Source: Elusimicrobiota bacterium
GTDB lineage: Bacteria > Elusimicrobiota > Elusimicrobia > Elusimicrobiales > UBA9959
Reading direction: 5' to 3'
Assembly (NCBI GenBank): GCA_036574205.1
Contig: JAINCQ010000021.1
Span: 1 to 64,000, forward strand
Length of the DNA stretch: 64,000 bases
The notes below the pieces were generated by a model, which searched no databases, was not told the DNA's origin, and saw only the letters and a program-made list of their open reading frames with translations. Position numbers and translations under genes: made by a program. Positions 58,616-64,000 of the stretch are shown here, piece by piece; position 1 is the stretch's first letter, and the number at the start of each line of letters is the position of its first letter.

Positions 58616-61050
58616 AATTGGCATTGATAATTAAAAATTTAGTGTTAAGCTTGATAAGGCATTTTACTCATTTATTGATTTACCGTTTAGATATCATCGG
58701 CTACTCATATATTTTCCTTCGCAAGTGTGCCTTTTCTTTAGCTTTTATTTTATTCTTGAATTTCTTTATTAATCCTTCTTGCTTTGCGCAGGAAAGTGCC
58801 CCTTTGAATGGTCCATGGCAGGTTAATGAAATTGAAATAAACGGGCTTATAAATATAAAACCGAAACTGATTCTCAAAACTGTAAGAGCTAAAAAAGGTA
58901 AGGTATATTACGAAGAAGATAAGAAGACAGACATAGAAAACCTTATGGCGCTTGGCAATATAGATAGAGCTGAGGTTGAGATTAAATATTCGGTAGATAA
59001 AACCATAGATAAGAAAAATTACGACATAATTAAGGATACTCAGCCTATAAAAGTTATATATACGATCTTTGAAAAACCTTATATCAGGAATATTATAATT
59101 AACGGCGCAAAAAAACTTTCCAAATCTACCATAAAGTCTGAAATGAAACTTGAAATCGGTGATTTTTATGATGAACTTAAGATAAAAGAGGATATAATAA
59201 ATATAACAGAAAAATATCGCAGTAAAGGTTTTATAAATTCTAAAGTTGATTATGAAGTTAGCCTGGATACATCTTCCAATAAAGTAGACTTGATTATCAA
59301 TATTATAGAGGGAGAAAAAGTAGTAGTAAGAAACGTACTTGTGGTTGGGGTAAATTCATTTAAGGAAAAGAAGATAATAAAACTGATGAAAAATCGCCCT
59401 AAAAAAACTTATCAGGAACAAAGTTTTTCAAAAGATATTAGTGAAATAGAAAATTTTTACAAAAACAATGGTTTTGCAGATTTTAAGATAGAAAATGCAA
59501 CTGTAACTATTTCAGATGAAAAATATGCTGATATAATAATCTATTTAAATGAAGGGAAAAAATATAAATTTGGTGAAACAAGTTTTTCTGGCAATAATGT
59601 TTATAACTCATCAGAATTAATTGAAGCGATAGAGTATAGAAAAGGAAAGTTTTTTAAAGAAGAAAAAATTATAGATAGTTTGAGAAATATTCAGGAAAAA
59701 TATGCCGATAAGGGTTATCTAAAAGTAACAATTTCAACCTCTGGGATAGTAGAAAACGATAATATAAACATACATTTTCTAATAGAAGAAAATTATCCGA
59801 TATATGTCAGATATATAGACATAGAAGGCAATAAGGCAACCAAAACCAAGGTTTTTAAAAGAGAAATTGTTCAGAAAGAGGGTGAGGTTTTTTCTCTTTC
59901 AAAGGTAAGAAGAAGCCAGGAAAAAATATTTAACCTTGGATTTATAGAAAATATAGATCTTATTATAAATCCTGCTGATTCTATGGATAATGTAGATCTT
60001 GTTTTTGATATTTCTGAGGGTAAGCCGGGAATGCTTACAGCAGGTGCTGGAGTTTCTTCAAAAGAAGGGCTTGTAGGAATGATTTCAGTCTCACATATGA
60101 ATATGTTTGGATTGGCCCAACGATTTTCTTTAAACTGGAATTTTGGAAAAAGGGTTCAGGATTATTCACTTAACTGGACTACCCCCTGGCTTGATAATCA
60201 TCCTACGTCGCTTTCTTTAAGCCTTTTTAATAACAGAAGATACAGATCATATTCCACCACATATTCAGCTTATACTGAAAAAAGAACTGGAGGAAGAGTT
60301 TCTTTAAGGCCAAGGTTTGAGGATGATAAATATCACCTGGGTTTTACATACTCTTATGAAAAAGTCAATATATATGATATTTTGGAGATATACCAAAACC
60401 AGATAATGGAGGGGACAAGTGTTCAATCTTCTCTTTCAGTTGAGTTTGCGCGCGATACGAGAGATTATATATGGGATCCAACAAGAGGTTCAAGACTTTC
60501 GGTTGGGATTGAGGTGTCTGGAGGAGTTTTAGGCGGAGACTCAAATCTTTATAAACCTTCTCTGTCTTATTCATATAATAAAAAACTTTTTTCTATAGAT
60601 GATTGGCCTTTTGTTTTTTCAGTAGCAACTAAATTTGGCTGGGTAAAAGAATATGGAGCAACTAAAGATGTTCCTGTTTATGAAAGATATTTTTTAGGTG
60701 GTGCTGATACTGTAAGAGGATATAACACTAACGGACAGATAGGGCCGAAGGATGGCGGGCTTGTTTATTCAGTAACCAATTTTGAATTTAAATTTCCGCT
60801 AGCAAGGGAGAAAAAAAGAACTATAGTACAGTGGGGATTTTTCTTTGATATAGGGGGTAGCTGGAGCGGATTTGATGATATCAGTTTTAAAATAGGGTCA
60901 AATACAAATCAACTTAAAGCGGGAGCTGGTTTTGGAATAAGATTTACGACCCCAGCTTTTCCTATAAGACTTGACTGGGGCTATGGTTTTAATCATAAAC
61001 CAGGCGAACAACGTTCAGATATATATTTTACACTAGGTAATCTGTTTTAG
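58612..61050 (+). CDS. bamA: Outer membrane protein assembly factor BamA
   Basis: POTRA repeats, FLGGADTVRGY, AGAGFGIR, PIRLDWG, terminal Phe; start uncertain. Confidence 0.95.
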   Translation: MKLALIIKNLVLSLIRHFTHLLIYRLDIIGYSYIFLRKCAFSLAFILFLNFFINPSCFAQESAPLNGPWQVNEIEINGLINIKPKLILKTVRAKKGKVYYEEDKKTDIENLMALGNIDRAEVEIKYSVDKTIDKKNYDIIKDTQPIKVIYTIFEKPYIRNIIINGAKKLSKSTIKSEMKLEIGDFYDELKIKEDIINITEKYRSKGFINSKVDYEVSLDTSSNKVDLIINIIEGEKVVVRNVLVVGVNSFKEKKIIKLMKNRPKKTYQEQSFSKDISEIENFYKNNGFADFKIENATVTISDEKYADIIIYLNEGKKYKFGETSFSGNNVYNSSELIEAIEYRKGKFFKEEKIIDSLRNIQEKYADKGYLKVTISTSGIVENDNINIHFLIEENYPIYVRYIDIEGNKATKTKVFKREIVQKEGEVFSLSKVRRSQEKIFNLGFIENIDLIINPADSMDNVDLVFDISEGKPGMLTAGAGVSSKEGLVGMISVSHMNMFGLAQRFSLNWNFGKRVQDYSLNWTTPWLDNHPTSLSLSLFNNRRYRSYSTTYSAYTEKRTGGRVSLRPRFEDDKYHLGFTYSYEKVNIYDILEIYQNQIMEGTSVQSSLSVEFARDTRDYIWDPTRGSRLSVGIEVSGGVLGGDSNLYKPSLSYSYNKKLFSIDDWPFVFSVATKFGWVKEYGATKDVPVYERYFLGGADTVRGYNTNGQIGPKDGGLVYSVTNFEFKFPLAREKKRTIVQWGFFFDIGGSWSGFDDISFKIGSNTNQLKAGAGFGIRFTTPAFPIRLDWGYGFNHKPGEQRSDIYFTLGNLF

Positions 61051-61312
61051 TGAAAAAATTAACAATAAAATTTATCCGTTCGAAAATAGAATATTTTAAA
61101 AACTCTTTATTTTTTCATTTATAATGTTTGTTAATCATGTTTTATCATTTTATCTTGCTGAAAAACAGTTAATTTATTTTGCAAATAAATTTTTATTTTT
61201 TAATAACGTCTTATTCTAAATTTCAAAAAAATGTATAATTTAATAAGAAAGAGTTTGTGACAGTAGATGTAGAGCTTTTTATTTAAAAGTTTTTTGATTC
61301 GTTGGAGATATT

Positions 61313-62671
61313 ATGCTTGGAAGGTTTTTATTTTTAATCCTATCTACGATTTTTTCAGTTAATATTTTTTCTGCCTCAATAAAAAAAGATATAGGTGAAG
61401 AGAAAATTTATGAGGTAAGAAGAATAATTGTTGCGACATATTCTGGAGTAATTGCACCTGTTGCATCTGAGTATCTTAATTCTGCAATAGACAGGCTTAA
61501 CAACGAAAATTTTGACATGCTTATAATTGAACTTGATACGCCAGGCGGGCTTGATGCGTCTATGAGAGATATAATAAAAAAGATGCTTGGTTCAAAAAAA
61601 CCGATAGTGGTATATGTTTATCCAAAAGGAGCAAGAGCTGCGTCAGCAGGGGTTTTTATAACTGTTGCATCACATATAGCTGTTATGAGCCCATCTACGA
61701 ATATAGGGGCTGCTCATCCGGTAATGATTGGTGGAGGGATTGATTTTGATCCGTCCAAAAAAGAAAAGGATAAAGATAAAAAAGGCAAAACCGCTATGGA
61801 TGAGAAGGTTTTAAATGACGCGACAGCTTATATAAAATCGATATGCCAGTATAAAAACAGGAATGTTGCCTGGGCCGTTAATGCTGTTACAAAAAGCGAT
61901 TCTGTTACCGCCACTGAGGCTCTTAAATATAAAGTAATAGAATTTGTTGCTGAGGATATTGCCAGCCTTTTAAAGCAAATTCATAATTTTAAACTTGAGA
62001 ATTTTGGAACTCTTAAAACAGATAGAGTTAACGAAATTTATCGTTTTGAGCAAACCAAAAGACAAAAATTTCTTTCAAAAATAACTGATCCAAATATAGC
62101 TCTTTTCCTTATGAGCATCGGAGGAATAGGTATATTGATAGAGCTTTATAATCCTGGACTTATATTGCCCGGGGTGGTTGGCGCGGTATCTTTGGTTGTG
62201 GGACTTTACGCTTTTCAAACTTTGAGCGCAAACTTTGCCGGTGTAATTTTAATACTTCTCAGCTTTTTGTTTTTATTAGCTGAGATAAAGGTTATGAGCT
62301 ACGGACTTTTAACATTTGCGGCTATTTTGTCAATGTTTTTAGGCGCGACAATGCTTTTTAAAGGATCTCCGCAGATAAGCGGAGTGGGAGTAGATATGAG
62401 TTTCCTGACAGCGAATATGATAGGAATAATAATAATTGTTTTTGTTTTGGCTTATGTAGTTTTGAGGGCTCAGCTAAGGAAAGTTGAAACTGGTAGAGAA
62501 GCTCTTATTGGCAAAAAAGCAATTGCTAAAACAAGACTTTCACCGAAAGGGAAAATTTTTATTGATGGTGAGTTATGGGATGCGGAAAGCATTTATGGTG
62601 AAATAGAGCAGAATAGCGAGGTGGAAGTTGTTGAGATAAATGGATTTAATGTTAAAGTAAAAAAGGTATAG
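61313..62671 (+). CDS. nfeD: Long-form NfeD (ClpP-like serine protease, TM, OB-fold)
   Basis: LDTPGG, ARAASAG, TNIGAAHPV, TM bundle, ETGREALIG...G.I..DGELW. Confidence 0.92.
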   Translation: MLGRFLFLILSTIFSVNIFSASIKKDIGEEKIYEVRRIIVATYSGVIAPVASEYLNSAIDRLNNENFDMLIIELDTPGGLDASMRDIIKKMLGSKKPIVVYVYPKGARAASAGVFITVASHIAVMSPSTNIGAAHPVMIGGGIDFDPSKKEKDKDKKGKTAMDEKVLNDATAYIKSICQYKNRNVAWAVNAVTKSDSVTATEALKYKVIEFVAEDIASLLKQIHNFKLENFGTLKTDRVNEIYRFEQTKRQKFLSKITDPNIALFLMSIGGIGILIELYNPGLILPGVVGAVSLVVGLYAFQTLSANFAGVILILLSFLFLLAEIKVMSYGLLTFAAILSMFLGATMLFKGSPQISGVGVDMSFLTANMIGIIIIVFVLAYVVLRAQLRKVETGREALIGKKAIAKTRLSPKGKIFIDGELWDAESIYGEIEQNSEVEVVEINGFNVKVKKV

Positions 62672-62693
62672 ATATTTTTAAGCAGGAGGATTT

Positions 62694-64000
62694 ATGCAGG
62701 GAAGATTCAGTCCGCACTTTCAAAAAATCTTTATGATAGCCCAGGAACATGCCAAAAGATTAAATCATGATTATCTGGGAAGCGAACATATATTGCTTGC
62801 TATAACCGATGTAGAAGAATCTGTTGCGGCAATGGCTTTAAAAAATCTGAATGTGGACTTGAAAAAATTAAGGCTGAATATTGAAGATGCTATAGGTGTT
62901 GGACAGTCTATGATGCTTTTGGGGGAGATCCCATTAAGCAGTCAGGCAAAGAAAATAATTGAATATGCCGTTGAGGAAGCGCAGAAGTTTGGACATAATT
63001 ATATAGGTAGTGAGCATATACTACTTGCCCTTGTTAAAGATGATGAGGGGATTGGGGCAAGGATATTAAACCATATGGGGGTTAAATTTTCAAATTTAAA
63101 GCAGGAGATAATAAAAATCCTTGGTGAAAACTCAATTGGTTTTAGAAAAGAAGATGAAGAAGATATGGAAGAAGAGGAGGAAGAAGAAAAACCACAAAGA
63201 CAGGTAAGGGATACAAGACATACCTATAAACCTTTAAGAGTAAAAACGCAAACCCTTGATGAGTTTGGAAGAGACTTGACTGATTTAGCTAAAAACGATC
63301 AGCTTGATCCTGTAATAGGAAGAGAAAATGAAATGGACAGGGTTATACAGGTACTTGGAAGAAGAACAAAAAATAATCCAGTTCTGGTAGGGGAACCAGG
63401 TGTTGGGAAAACGGCGATAGTTGAAGGATTGGCTCAAAGAATTGTTAGCGGCAATATTCCTGAAACTTTAAGCGGGAAAAGGCTTGTAAGTTTGGATCTT
63501 GCCTCCATTGTCGCAGGGACAAAATATAGGGGGGAGTTTGAGCAGAGACTAAAGACTATAATAGATGAGATAAGAAAGGCAAAAAATTCAATAATAGTTT
63601 TTATAGACGAGCTTCATACTGTAATAGGAGCTGGTGCTGCTGAGGGAGCGATAGACGCAGCTAATATTTTAAAACCTGCTCTTGCAAGGGGGGAGTTGCA
63701 ATGCATAGGAGCTACGACTTTTGATGAATATAGAAAACATATAGAGCATGATCCAGCGCTTGAAAGAAGATTTCAGCCTATAATAGTTGACCAGCCTTCG
63801 GTTGAAGAGGCGATTGAAATTTTAAAAGGATTGAAAGAAAAATATGAAATGCACCATATGTGTGAATACACTGATAAAGCCATAGAAACTGCGGTTATTC
63901 TTTCCGACAAATACATAACCGATAGAGCGCTTCCAGATAAAGCCATAGATCTTATGGATGAAGCGGGATCAAGCGCGAGACTTAAAATGTCTGTTTATCC
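62694..64000 (+). CDS. clpC: ATP-dependent Clp protease ATPase ClpC (3' truncated by window end)
   Basis: SD GGAGG; two Clp-N repeats (GSEHILLA), [49 protein letters not shown]. Confidence 0.93.
   Translation, partial: MQGRFSPHFQKIFMIAQEHAKRLNHDYLGSEHILLAITDVEESVAAMALKNLNVDLKKLRLNIEDAIGVGQSMMLLGEIPLSSQAKKIIEYAVEEAQKFGHNYIGSEHILLALVKDDEGIGARILNHMGVKFSNLKQEIIKILGENSIGFRKEDEEDMEEEEEEEKPQRQVRDTRHTYKPLRVKTQTLDEFGRDLTDLAKNDQLDPVIGRENEMDRVIQVLGRRTKNNPVLVGEPGVGKTAIVEGLAQRIVSGNIPETLSGKRLVSLDLASIVAGTKYRGEFEQRLKTIIDEIRKAKNSIIVFIDELHTVIGAGAAEGAIDAANILKPALARGELQCIGATTFDEYRKHIEHDPALERRFQPIIVDQPSVEEAIEILKGLKEKYEMHHMCEYTDKAIETAVILSDKYITDRALPDKAIDLMDEAGSSARLKMSVY

Overview
AT-rich chromosomal window from a diderm bacterium (BamA, Lnt, secretin present). 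Gene content resembles Elusimicrobiota, but that is unverified inference. It opens at a DDE insertion sequence with imperfect terminal repeats, then rlmN, tRNA-Val(CAC), a secreted clostripain, two giant coiled-coil genes and xseAB. The most unusual part is a co-oriented run at ~12.3-28.1 kb: a PorV-like barrel fused to a coiled coil, a coiled-coil/TM/propeller protein, a secreted protein with ~7 FlgD-Ig repeats and a T9SS-like C-terminal domain, and a PorV/PorQ-family barrel. These lead directly into a remodelled Tad pilus cluster (two Flp-like prepilins, one missing from the ORF track; TadE; CpaB; a minimal secretin; a TadZ-TadA fusion; an N-terminally extended TadB; TadC; TPR). The rest is mostly housekeeping: mutL-flippase-asnB-trmL, lnt, secA, pyrC/pyrD, an hpf-hprK-rapZ-mannose-type PTS operon with an embedded GH57 gene, lepA, rpmB, SWIB, ino1, bamA, nfeD and partial clpC. 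Also visible are several palindromic REP/MITE-like repeats and a recurrent leaderless-promoter pattern. All product calls come from motif recognition, without database searches.
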